A stretch of DNA of 64,000 nucleotides, from contig OZ260665.1 of the NCBI GenBank assembly GCA_965285935.1, positions 57,474,001 through 57,538,000 of the forward strand. Reading direction: 5' to 3'. The translations under genes were made by a program, and so were the position numbers. This stretch comes from Ophelia neglecta. Its lineage: Eukaryota. Positions 38,311 through 51,090 of the stretch are shown in pieces (the stretch's first letter is position 1; the number at the start of each line of letters is the position of its first letter). A model generated the notes under the pieces. It was not told the DNA's origin. It was given only the letters and a program-made list of their open reading frames with translations, and ran no database searches.

Positions 38311-41227
38311 TTGTGTCAAGTAGGAAAGAATAGCAGATTTGGTGAAAAAAATGCCCATTTGGTGATAAACTAGGTAGTATTATCCTGCTTTGCTTGGATA
38401 TTAATCTTGCATGTTACTTTCATGTTCTCCCAGCTTCAGGGTTTGTCAGTAGTTCATATAAGAAACAATGATCATGGCATGTTTTATGTGGCTATAATGA
38501 AATCAAAGATGTGTAAGGTATTTGGTAGGGCCTGTAGGGTTGCGTGTTAGTAAGATTTTGCCTGACTATAACCTACCCTGGGGGGTGTCTCAAAGTTTTG
38601 TTAATTTTTCTTATCATTAATTATAAAGAGATCAGTTAAAACTTGTGTATTTCTGGGATATCCACATGTACTAAGTTTATATGTCATTAGTCAAATTTCC
38701 TCAGCATTCACATTGATAAAAACAGAAGTCTTCATGTGAAAATTTCATGCAGTGTTTAGTATTCAAGAATATACTGTGTATTTTATGATTAGACCTTTTA
38801 GGCTTTAGACACTGCTGTTCATTGGGATCCACCGGTACCTTTTGTAGTTAACCTTCATCAAGGGCCATGTGTGGTTTGATGATAACATTGTTTGGATCAA
38901 TATGTTTTTAGTCATAAAAATTGAAAAGTTGCTCATTTTGACCTTGAGTCTGTAAATGGTTTTTAGTTATTTGAGGCTGTATGCTGGCCACCAGTTGCAT
39001 GTGCTTATCTGTTGTCCAGCAGTCCCAGCCACATTGCTCTGAAGCTTACTGATAGCCTCCTGCTCTGCATGTAGGCAACAGTCTCCCACTCCTCTCTGTG
39101 TGCATCTTGTAGATAACTCCTGCCAGAAGAGTCAGGACACCCCTTTCTGCTTCCTTAATTGGATGGCCCTGTTTTTTATGCTAACTATCCTGCAATGCTT
39201 CATCAAAGGCTGAATTTGAAATATATAAAGATACAATGCATGGACTCATCATTTGCCTATTTTATATGAAGTGGATCAAGATTTACTGTACAGTTTGATT
39301 GTCATTATGAATTTTTTACTTGTAGTTGAAGGTACAAGTAAATGCTTCATCTGGAGAGAAAAAGCCTGGAAGGGTTCAAGTTTTGTTTTTTCCAGCATAA
39401 GAACTTAAGACAACAGTATGTAACCATTGAATTGTTAACATTGGATTGTTAACAATGCATAATTGCTAAAAGCCAATTGATACCGATGTTGTTGGATATT
39501 TCTTTCACCAGTAAATGGAGGTTAGGTTTTATGGCAAGCTTTATTAAACACCTTTAAATGTTCTATGAAAAATGTTAAGACTTTGTTTGATCATGGCCTT
39601 TACACAGCAATACAATACAGACACAATATTGTCATGACATGTGGGGGAAACATGTATGTGGACAGATCAGGATATTCCACCATTTTTACTGTCTAATTAG
39701 GAAGAATTGATCAATTATTTATTGGATTTACTGTTCTTCCCTGTAGACTGAGGCACTATTGGCAACCCAAGTCATCGTGTTAGGCTATTTTTGACCATTT
39801 GCACGTCAGCAATCTGTCTACAAATTTGCCCGTGCCACATTGCTGTATTCATAATTGAATGGAGGGAAATTGTCAATAAGTCAGTTGTCATTGAAAAGCT
39901 TCAAATCAATTCATTTTTTCTTTCCTGTTTTTTTGTACTTTCTACAGCAGAATAATCAATTAAAATAAACTTCCAAAAATTGTAGGATTGGGCTGCAAAA
40001 CCTAGGTATATTAATCAACAACCATGGATCAGCTATGAGCTCCCTGATCAATGTGTCCAACACATTTGATTGTGGTTTATAACTTAGACTTTATTACTTA
40101 ATAATACAATCCAAATCTCACTTAGAAAGAGATGATTGTAACAGTTGTGTTATTTTCTTTAGGTATATCATAATTCATAGCCTATGTAATATACAAGACA
40201 TATTCCCAGCCTTGAAACCAATTCAGCCCTGAGTGCACTTGATTGATTAGATCTAATTTAAAGAGTAAGCCAAATATTTTTTTCACAAAAAGTAGCATTT
40301 AAAAGTGCGATGGACTTATTATTATGCACTTACTGGAAAAAAAAGATGGCCACCACAGAACCAAGCAAAAAATACCCACATGTATGTTTCATAAAAAAAA
40401 AAAATCTCCATTGCAAAAGCTACAAGTCATCCTTGCTTATTTGAACATGTTGATGCCTTATATTTGGGGGTTCCTGCTGATAATCTGAGAAGGCGGATAA
40501 AACAAACTGTTTTGTTATTCATTTCTTTTTGTTCCAAAGATAAACGTATATAATGTAAATACTGCTTATAGGAACCCCTGTGCTAAGAAATCAATAATGC
40601 TTGTTATTACAATTTACCAGTTGAAATCCATAATACCTGATACTTTATGAAGCACTCCAGATAGTTGTCCCGTCATCTTTGTCCCTAAGATATAAGCAAA
40701 ATGTTTGTGGTTATGGAAGTGGCAATGGAAATTAAAAATGACTGAATTTTAATATAAACTCCTAATATAGGGAAAGTACAGAAATTCAAAAGCACTCTTG
40801 TTAATTAGTGGGAAAAGTCAATTGCATTTTTAAACGCCTAATTTCGTTTATTTATTGAAATGAAAGCAACAGAAAAATTGTTTATCTCCAAAAGCATAGC
40901 AGGTAGGTTAAATTTTAACTTCAATTAGAATTTGAAAATTCTAGGATAAATGTGATGCTTTTTTCTGTGATGGCATTTGAAAGTCACAAGGTAAATTTAA
41001 GCCATATACATGAACATGTAAATTTATTATGAGCTTATTAAAATAAAGGTTTATAAATGCTCATTTTTATTATGTACCAATATGTCATTTGGGCTTGAAT
41101 ACTGGCCTGTAGGAGGAAAATGATTAAAAATACTTGGTATGTGCTTTGACCTTGAAGGTAATGTCCAATATCAGGTCAAGGTTATTTATCCAGACCAAAC
41201 AGAAAGCAAAAATACCTTGTAGGGGAT

Positions 41228-41692
41228 AGAGGAAAACAATCACAAAGATAGGCAGCTGAGGAAAACAATCACAAAGATAGACAGCAGAGGAAAACAATCA
41301 CAAAGAATGGGCAGCAGAGGAAAACAATCACAAAGAATGGGCAGTAGAGGAAAACAATCACAAAGAATGGGCAGTAGAGGAAAACAATCACAAAGATAGG
41401 CAGCAGAGGAAAACAATCACAAAGAATGGGCAGCAGAGGAAAACAATCACAAAGATAGGCAGCAGAGGAAAACAATCACAAAGAATGGGCAGTAGAGGAA
41501 AACAATCACAAAGATAGGCAGCAGAGGAAAACAATCACAAAGAATGGGCAGTAGAGGAAAACAATCACAAAGAATGGGCAGTAGAGGAAAGTTATAACAA
41601 AGAATAGGCAGTAGTGGAAAAATATCACACTGGATAGGCTGTAGAGGAAAAATATCACAAACGATGGGTATTGGATAAAACTATCACAAAGA
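41228..41692. repeat. 29/30-bp minisatellite, ~16 copies
   Basis: Units agaggaaaacaatcacaaag-ataggcagc (29 bp) and -aatgggcag(t/c) (30 bp). The last 3-4 units are degenerate. Confidence 0.98.
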
Positions 41693-42734
41693 AGATGTAT
41701 TCTTTTGTTTTTGTTCTCTACATTGGAAGCAGGAGTGTTCCTTATAAAAAGTGGTTATGGGTTGTGAATTTTTTTTATTCGATTATCATTTTTCCTTAAT
41801 ATTGTGAATTTCTTCTTTGAGGCCATCTAGTCTAGACCATAGCACTTTTCTGATTAATACTTGTTTGTAAAGCAGCTGCCTTTCAGAAAGCCAAAGTCGT
41901 GTGGGCCTGCCTCTGGCTGTCTGGCAGGACAGCAGTTCTGGACAAGGGCAATAAAAGGAGAAGGCCAGCATCTAGCAAGGGGCATCAGCTTGTTCACATT
42001 TGGCTGATTTAATTTTCAGTATTGTCTTATTTTTATATCATTGATATCCCTCCCTGATTGGAGTAGTTTGGTCTTTGGTGACATTTCCTTGTAGCAGGTG
42101 ACAGCTCCCTGTCACAATCCCCACTCTGACGTACATAAGCAATTAAGTTAAGCTATCTGTTGTTCAAGTTTTACCCTTTAATCATGGATGTAGTCTGTAG
42201 ATGCCAATATTTGTTGCTATTAGCCAATTGATGTTTGACATATCCAGCCAGAAAGCTGACCAATGGCCAAGATAATGGATCTGTATCCATGATTTACACG
42301 GACAAGGGTGTCTTTGCCAAATGTGTTTCTTGTGTTAAAGAGACCAAAAGGGGTAGGGATTTTAGCAAGCTTTCAAATCTGCTCCCCATAGATTTACTGA
42401 GATGGCTGCTGCAGATGGATTTTGCCTGTCAAAGTCACTGTGGGTTTCCCTTTATTCAAAACCAACAGAACCATGGCAAATTTGACATGATACTGTAGCT
42501 GAGGCAATATCTACAGGATGGCATGAATCTGTCAGTTTTACCCTGAGAAAATGACTACCAGCATATTGTCTCTTGGAAGAAAGTCCTACTTTAATTTTTA
42601 CCATATGTCTTAATAATTGATACTATTTGACCTTTATCTTCTACATGTACATGCATATTAAGGTGCAATCGTGAATTACTAATGTATAAGATACACGATT
42701 CGCCATCACCAAGTTTCTACATTTTAACAATTCG

Positions 42735-42934
42735 TTTACAGTTTTCGGTCCTGGCAATTACCCTATAGCATTTTGAAAACAGTGACTTTTTGAATCAGAG
42801 ATGATTGGTCTTGTGAAACTTTATATGTCTGAATGGCTACTGGCTGTCATGACTTGAAATATCTTAATTATAATGTTTTCTTAAAAATCTCAGCAGGAAT
42901 ATGATTGATGAATAAAAGATGTTGGAATCAGGAA
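42735..42934 (+). repeat. ~200-bp direct repeat, copy 1
   Basis: Colinear with 43414-43621: cctggcaattaccct.tagcattttgaa...tcttgtgaaactttatatgtc...tggctactggctgtcatgacttgaaatat...cttaaaaatctcagcagga...gaatcagga. Confidence 0.95.
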
Positions 42935-43413
42935 TGCCTAGCAACCACTTAGGTTGTGATGATATTTTATTGGATGCCACCAATGGCATGTTCACACCGG
43001 TTCCGGTTCCGCTATCCTATACACTTAGTGGATTGATATTGAAACAGTACTTCCCTTTACATATTATCTTCCTAGAAATCCTTTTGCCACCTTGTACCTC
43101 TACTAAATATCTTATTAGAACTATGTACAGGAACTGTGAAAAGGCAGACTTATCAGTAAAATATCCTGAAGGACGGGTATCTGGTATTTACAAATTATGT
43201 GCTGTTCCCTTTGTTCAATCAACTTCTGCTAAAAATCGTGTTAGAAACACCATGTATACATGTATATGCATAGATAAATCTCTGGGATACATATTCCTAA
43301 CACATCTTGACACTGCTCCTCGCCTTATTTGCCCCATGTTTCATATATACATATATACATAATTGCCTGGCATATTTATGGATTTGTTAGGTTCTTAGCT
43401 TTACACTATTCTT

Positions 43414-43621
43414 TTTACATTTTTCGGCCCTGGCAATTACCCTGTAGCATTTTGAAATACAATGACTTTCTGAATCAGAAAAGATTGATCTTGTGAAACT
43501 TTATATGTCAAATTGGCTACTGGCTGTCATGACTTGAAATATGTTCATTAGAAACCACAATGCTTTCTTAAAAATCTCAGCAGGACTATAATTGATGACT
43601 GAAAGATGTTAGAATCAGGAA
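43414..43621 (+). repeat. ~200-bp direct repeat, copy 2
   Basis: Same blocks as 42735-42934, with scattered substitutions and a small insertion. Confidence 0.95.
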
Positions 43622-44129
43622 ACGCTCCATCACCTTAGGAACTTGCATGTTTGCAAGAGAAATGTTGATTTTTTGATGCTGTGTTTTTTTATCAGTAAAC
43701 ATTATCCATAGATTATGTCTCCAATTTACATCTGCTTAGATCTGGTTTAGTGACAATTAAGCCAATTACACTCTAACGTTACATTTGTGATGATCTCCCA
43801 TTCTCCAAGGTTTGTACACCACCTCCTATAGAATATGCCCTCTTATGGATGTAAACATCAAAACCATTCTGGTCTGCAACAGGTAAAACATATAGATAAT
43901 AAGAATGATCATATTTTATGCCTTTGAACCAGCCCCGTACACCTGCTGTGTACACCTGATGAAGACCAAAGTAGTTAATGTTGGTCTATAAGTTGTCCAG
44001 TCTCTCATCTCAACCTGGCATTCCTCCTGAAAACAGGCAGAAGGACCAAGACTCGGTGAAGACCAAATTACACAGGAGACTGTAGGTGGAGAGTGAAAAT
44101 GACATGCCATCCCTTTACTCTTTTATATA

Positions 44130-44550
44130 CTCATAACCACCCATGAATCTCATTCCTCCACCACACAATGGATTAAATCGTCTGTGCTGCACAGAGCGCT
44201 GATGAAAAAGTCGCATGTCAAGTATTTAAATCCTTTTTTGAACTTCATTGAATCTATTCTGCGGTATGTTTGTAGGTTTCAGACCTGGTTAATGTTCTTT
44301 CATATATGGTTTTAAGTTCTTGTCGTCATTGTACTTTAAATGACATGTTTCATTAGAGAGTACATCACTAGATGGTCAGCATATATCCTTTATGTTATTG
44401 AGTGGACTAACTGAGGTGGAAGGTATCCCAGCTGAGTCAGACAGGCTGGAGTTCATCCATTGAGATGTGTGGTATGGGAGGTGGTCAGGTCAGTGTCCTG
44501 TGTCCCATGAAGGAGGTAGATAGACAACAATTACAATCAAACTACATACT
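44130..44550 (-). mobile_element. Possible L2/CR1 LINE endonuclease-region remnant
   Basis: SLIVIVVYLPPS (cf. APE-domain VYRPP), and downstream ILD...VQHRRFNPL (cf. LDxHAP...PW). Confidence 0.4.
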
Positions 44551-45639
44551 TTAAACCTACATCAAAGGATTAGGTCATTGTCTCAAGAGACATTGGGCGT
44601 TGTTGCCTTAGTCTACTGGTGCATGCAGAAGACTGCATCCGCATTACATTAGCACATCCCATGTAAGGGATTCCACTGGAGCAAAAGTAACCAAGTTAGA
44701 CTCTCCTAAAAGGTTAGCTTTTCTATGAGATAAGACATGGCCACTGGCTTTCATGTAGTTTCTGCCAGATAATGTGTTAAAAAATACTGCAAAGAATTTA
44801 GTTGCATCTTTAGGGAAACCATTTGAACATGTTTTTTTGCCATTTTGTGTGATCATTATCAAATTTCCAGGCAAAATGGAATTATAGTGAGATATGCAGT
44901 ACCGGTGTCATTTTAAAATTGTAGACCACTGCCGAATGCTTTGAGCCCCAGTGTACTAGACAAGTTTGCTCAATAACATAAATTCTTAAGCATATAAAAC
45001 AGCAGCATCAAAGTGGCTTACTGGATACGATTCACTTTTCGTAGTTCTATATAATAGTAGATTAGAATGGAGCATACAATGTGTAACATTATGTGCAACT
45101 TACTTGTGCTCCCCAACGTACAACCAATTCAGTAACACTGTGTATGTCATGTGACACATCACATGGGCTCCTCACATCAAATCTGATATTAATGTGATCC
45201 TTACCATGAAAAGCAATACACACTATAAGTGAATGAAATGCCAGTATGTCACATGGTTTAGAGTGGATATTATTGTGAAAAACATTGTTTCATACAATTA
45301 CCTTCTACATTTTTAGCATGGATAATGCACTTTATATTTTTTATAATAATGCTCTTCTCATGACAATGCAATTTACCACCAATATAAACACTTAGATAGA
45401 AATAGAATGGGAGATGATTCAATAGTAGTTGACATTTTTTCCTTGTAGATCCTAGACAGAGGCACAGTTTTTATTTTGTAATTTGGTTTAGCCAAAAGTA
45501 TGGATCTAGCCAGTTATATATCACTTGGCCATGCCTTCCTCTGTGGAATTGCTGCTGTAATAGCTTTACAAATACCAGGCCGTCAGGGAACAGGGGGCGG
45601 CTGTGGGTTACCAGAAATAATGGAGGATGGGAGCAGTGC

Positions 45640-46760
45640 TGACCTTCTGGTCAGGTGATAATTACCTGGGATATAATTCGGATAGAAAGGTCAATGTTAC
45701 CATTGTGTCTGTAATTAGCAGGCCAGATTCACTCGAAACACGAGGAGAATTGAAATTCAACTAATCGGACAACAATTTCGATATGGGTGTAGGTATCGGC
45801 TGAAAATCCCATTTGCAGGGCTCCTCTGAAAGGTCATGTACCAGCAATGGGATTGCTTTGGTCTCAGCTTTAGCCCCAATCAATCCCTAGCAGCTAGGAG
45901 ACATGAACTAAATATATGAAGGACATCTTCCATTTCCTTCATTACCATCCTTATTGCCCACTTGGTTCTTTAAGATGCAATGTAAAAGGTAAAAGGAAAA
46001 TAATTTTGTGGTAAGTGGATCTCCATAACTCAAACTAAACATGCTGTAAGTAATCCTGTTCTCTTTAAATAAAGTCTGTGGTATAATTGAATGAAATATT
46101 TTGGCTATCCAGCCGTTGTTTCCATTACCAAATAAATAGGGCTAGAATGGTCATCCTGGTCGATAACCAGCTTAGGCAAATAGTCAATCAAAGCATAATC
46201 AGTATAGTTCAATTGAATCATCTGGGACCAGAAATGCAACAGATAAATTGTGCATGTCCCAGTGCACTTGATGTGTCCACACCCATTCCATTACTGTAGG
46301 CGGGCAGAGCAGCCCAATCTTCATTTTCTGCCCGAGGGAGCACGCCTGGAGAAGACGGGCTTGGACGTCATTTCTCTTGACCTCTAGGTCCTGATGTCCT
46401 GCCTGCAGAGACCCACAGAGTCATGCTCTGCCAGAAAGCAGCCTCAATGATGACATCTAGGGGAGCATGCACGAGACCCGGCCCTGATTTGGAATGATTC
46501 ACTCTCCCTTTTTGGTAGTATACAATCCTTGAGGACAGGTGGAATGGCCAGTGTTCCCTTTGCAGTCAATTTCCCTAGATTTACTCCAGTCCACCCCCCT
46601 TTCATCCCAGTCATTCAGAAAGCATTTAAGAATGCATGCGCCCGTTGATGAAGGCCTGTCCTCCATTTATCTTTGCGATCCAGCTGCCTTGTATGGAAAT
46701 TGTCATGCGGGACAGGGATAATCGCTGGCCATTGATGCATCTTTGATCCTTCTTCAGGGG
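45640..46760 (-). mobile_element. Possible decayed DIRS/Ngaro retroelement (gag end / RT start)
   Basis: GC- and CpG-richer block. Minus-strand motifs C....GC...EH, then NLSVAF-WSQM...YTDYALIDYL (cf. LN...W..L.DY.D..L.D(F/Y)L), then IDLS. Confidence 0.3.
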
Positions 46761-49700
46761 AAGTTACCAATAAGGAGAGAGACTCACGAGATGTCTCTAT
46801 AAAAGGCAGATTTGTGTGTTTTTCTGATACCACCATCTTAACCACAAACATTGCCTAATTACGGGACTGGTAGTGGTCACTTAGAAGATGGATTGAGCAT
46901 CCGCTTCAGATTTCTAACATAAATCTCAGTCCTCTGAGCTAGTGACTTGTCCCCATCACCGCTAACCTAGCAAACTAAAGGAAGATGGGTTCAAACCAGT
47001 TTGTATTGGGTGAGCAAGCATGGAGAAGTACTTGATGCAAATGTGGTTTTTTTTCACATACCACTTCTGACATTATTGCATGCCCTGACTCTTGACCCTT
47101 TATTGAACATTTGTAAAGAGCAAATACTTTTGTTTCAAGTGCATTCTTGTCCATTTAAAGTGACAGTTCTTGTTTGGATGTAAGAAGTTTAGGTTTTTAG
47201 TTTGTTGCTTTTTGTGTGAATCTCTAATATATTTTGGTTGGTTTCCATTCTCCAAATTTGATTGGATGACAGAGCATTGTTCTTACAGGGGTGATGGAAA
47301 ATCTGTTTTTATTATTGAGCTTGTCATGCCTTCAGACTGATAGTAGTATCCAACAACCAGTGCTTAACCCAACAACATTGTTTGCCATTGAGGTCATCTT
47401 TTTGGTTGAATCTGAAAGGGAGGGCATAATCAATCAAACATTAAACAAACCTAAACTGTCTGACCCCACAGGGAGGTGTGACCGCTGGACATGCTGCAAT
47501 GACTTCAATCAATTCTTCTCTGGTAATCTACCATGACCAAATGAAAACAAACTGACCAAGCATAGCCCTGAACTGGCCACAATCACATGTAACAGCACTA
47601 TTTTCCCATGATGACCTCCGAGCCAGGGCCCACTCCTGGCTAAAAACGCATGAGAAATGCGCATTCAGCCAATGGTAACCTCTAATTTCTTTTCTCATGT
47701 TATCGTTCATTAACTGAGCCCTTTTCAGTGTTGCTATGGGGAACTGGCAATATCAAAATGTGTCATCTTTGATTGCTATAGGAATAAAATTATATCCTTG
47801 GTTAATGATATCTTGGTGTTATATATGTCATTACTGGAATGAAACTATCAAATATCCTACAAGCTGTATAGAATCTGCTAATTGTACAGGACAAATAGGT
47901 CTATATACATATATATATTTAATACGTATATGTTATTGTCATGGTCAATAAGAACACTTGTTTGTGAATGATAAACTAGCTTAAGGTCAAAGATGGACAG
48001 TGACTGGATCTGGAGTCCGCCCCTCACCTCACAACAGCTATATGCAGACTGCACAGATCACAGAAATGATAAGAAAACTCACATTTGTTAAGTTGTTACT
48101 GCTACATTTTATTTTTTCTATCAATGATCATGCCTGAATTCAATGGAATTGACACTTTTTCATGAAGTGTATAATCAATTATATACAATGATAATGGAGA
48201 ATTTTTTTTTAAAATCATTAAAATGTATGCACAGCTGCACATCACTCTTGTGCAGTTTTTTTTAGCTCCTGGTTGGAATGGAACTATTGTACCTTTAGAG
48301 GTTCATGTACATATTGTATGTTTGTCCAATATTTTCAGTGAAAGTGCCTTACTGTTACTTGGACACCACTGACCGCTTGTTGAATGTCAACTAACCAGCC
48401 CGGCTGCTGCAGATGGATCCTGGACTGTTGGGCACACTTTCTTTGTTTGCCCAGGCTTTTTTGCCGATAGCTCGTCAAAACTCAACCATTATAAACAAGG
48501 CTTGACTTTTGATCACTGAACTAGTCTGTGATCGAGTCACGATTAGAACACAAAGCGCAATGGACCACTCATTGTACAGCATGCTGCTTCCTTCGAATAT
48601 CAGTCCTCGATCGATGGACAACTGTCAGAATGGCAAACTTTTCCTAGCTAAACCTCATCTGTGTAGAGGGACAACATCAATCATCAGATCTATTTACTGT
48701 GGTTTTTCATTACATGGTTGTTGTAATGCATTTACATTTGCAAGTGACTTGTAGTGATACCACTGACTAAACTGCCATCATACTTATCTTAAGTGTTTCA
48801 GGAGGAACTGGCTCTCAATTCATGAACATTGTATAATTATGTACTGGTAAAATGTTAGCTATTGTTATTCTCTGAAGGTTGGTTTCATCTGATTAATATA
48901 TTCATGCGAGTTATTTAGTTTTCAAGCTATATAGCTGCATTATTTTTCGTCCTCCATTGCATCTCCTGGACATCCATCTCCTGGACAAATCAGTTATGCA
49001 TCAGAGAGGAAGGCTAGTAACTGTCAGCACACAAAATCAATCAAAGTCAACCAGGAGCTAGACAACTGAGAGTTAATGAATAGTTCCAGTACAAAGCTCC
49101 TGTTATATACATTCTGGCTTGATGCATTCTTTATGATTCCTTTGTTCACAGTGATAATAAGACATCCATTTTACAAGGTATAGTAAAAAGAAAGTGCTCC
49201 CACGTGGAGTTTAAAATTTGATGGTGTTTCTCTATGTCTTTTCAGCACATTTTTCATTTACCATTGATTTGGATATATTTTTTTTCTGGATATGTCCAAG
49301 GGAATTATTTCGACTAGTTGGTGATAGGTTTTTTACAGCCCCTGGGTTTCATGTTATCCTTATTCCTGCAGGATACCAGTGGAATAGTTCTAAATCTATT
49401 ATATACAGAATCCCAGAGGGTAAAGGTTAATTATATAAGGTTTGGCCACTAAAGTTAGCATATGGTGGTGTCTGGTAATGATGTTAATTAATATGGGTTT
49501 GTTTTGGTCAGAATTAATTTGTATGTAAATCAGTAAATTTGATATCATAAAATAGATAGACACAGTAAGGTTTCATATGTTCTTTCTACAAGCTGTTATG
49601 TGCACTTCGTATAGATGTAAGTAAGCCAAAAAGGGCTATATGGGTTTGATTCTTGGACATATTTCATCCTTGGCCATTTCATGGAATTATACCAACTGCT

Positions 49701-49799
49701 TGATTAGCAGCAGATTTGTTCTCTTTCAAAGAATCTGTGTTCACTGCAGTCATCTACTAATCCAGCTGCTTTGATCAGCACATTAATTCAATAAATCCT

Positions 49800-50275
49800 C
49801 CATGGAAAAAACATCAAATTTGACTATTTGCACGCTTGTTTCTTGTTGGTCCGGTGAAGTGTGGCTTTGATGGTTTCGGTTGTTTGCTCTTCCTTTTGTA
49901 CTTCCACAATGTTCACCTGTTCTAGAATCTCCTGTCCGGTCGGGAACAATGGATGATAGAATGAAATGTCCATCAAACAAATCAAAAATCCGACTTCAAC
50001 AACTGCTGAGTACATTTATGACACACTTGCATTGCGATTTGATAGTGCTGTGCGGGTGATTCTGCCATATTATATTTTACAAGTGCTTGTTTGAAGGTTT
50101 GGGATGGCTTTGTGGAACACCCTCATGGTGTTGTAAATGGCTCTAGAAACCAAATGTCATCCAAATAGGCTAGCAACACTCATTGTGGCTTAAATGATAA
50201 TGTGGCTGGTAAAAAGTCATTGTCTTCTAATTATAATGACATTGGTCATTTTGATATGTTTGTTGATCCCGCTGG
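49800..50275 (-). mobile_element. Possible Gypsy integrase remnant
   Basis: INKHIKMTNVI (cf. VDRFTKMAHFI), SVASLF..HLV, GVP and SFYHP (cf. YHPQ) in the expected order. Confidence 0.3.
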
Positions 50276-50729
50276 CATTGAAATAAGTGCACTTTTGATA
50301 TTGGTCACCAGTTGGTAATGAATATGCAAATATTAAATGGACATGAGGTTTGGCCGTCTGCCCTGCAGCTAATGTATTTGACTGATCTTACCAGTTGCAT
50401 TGTCCAGATTTTACATGGCTGCTTCATAAGATACGTATGAACATTTTGTTTGTAAATGCCAGGAACTAATTTTATTGATGAGAAAAGCTTGATATGCAAC
50501 ATATATAGGAGTCATTTCTGCATGTAACAGATCAATTGTTACATTGCAATATTGGTCTTTTTATCCTGGTTGTGTAAAACCCCCTTGCCAATTCATTCAC
50601 ATATGTTTCACAACCACATCTGCTAGTGTTAGAAAAAAGCCAACAAGACAAGCCAAACAGTGTCATAACAAATTGGACAGTGCTTAGGTGTCTTTTATTT
50701 ACATGTGTTTATTGTCAAGCTGTTACCAT

Positions 50730-51090
50730 GTATGGAGACAGCGTCATATTGTGGAGCAATCAAACAGCATTAAAACAATGCCAAGCCTGGCGCCTGTGAT
50801 ACAATCAGATGGTCAATTTGTTTGGTTGTAGCCTGTCAGAAGGACCAAAAATGGCATATGTATCATATTGAAATATCACCATTACCAGTAAGGAGTACTA
50901 TGTTTGTTTGTGCTGTTTCAGATTCTTAGCAAACATGTCATAAGTTTGTCTCAATCTGCTCAAATTTGACAAATATGTAATCGATTTCATTCCATTTTGA
51001 TGTACAGTTGTTAAACACTGGCGCATTTCCTTTGTCATAGGTTTATGATGCATATTGTACCTGAATAATTGAACAATAGCCGGCATCACA
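50730..51090 (-). mobile_element. LINE RT remnant (CR1/L2/RTE-like)
   Basis: MPAIVQLF...KEMRQCLTTVHQNG...FAKNL, then FQY, then VLMLFDCS-YDAVS (cf. LDxSxAFDxV). Confidence 0.5.

Noticed and set aside
40467-40578. Tiny MITE with ggggttcct/aggaacccc ends
   Set aside because: Only a 9-bp inverted repeat and no TSD.
41228-41692. CRISPR-like array, or 68-aa Cys-rich membrane ORF (41269-41475 -)
   Set aside because: No spacers. The ORF is a direct translation of the minisatellite.
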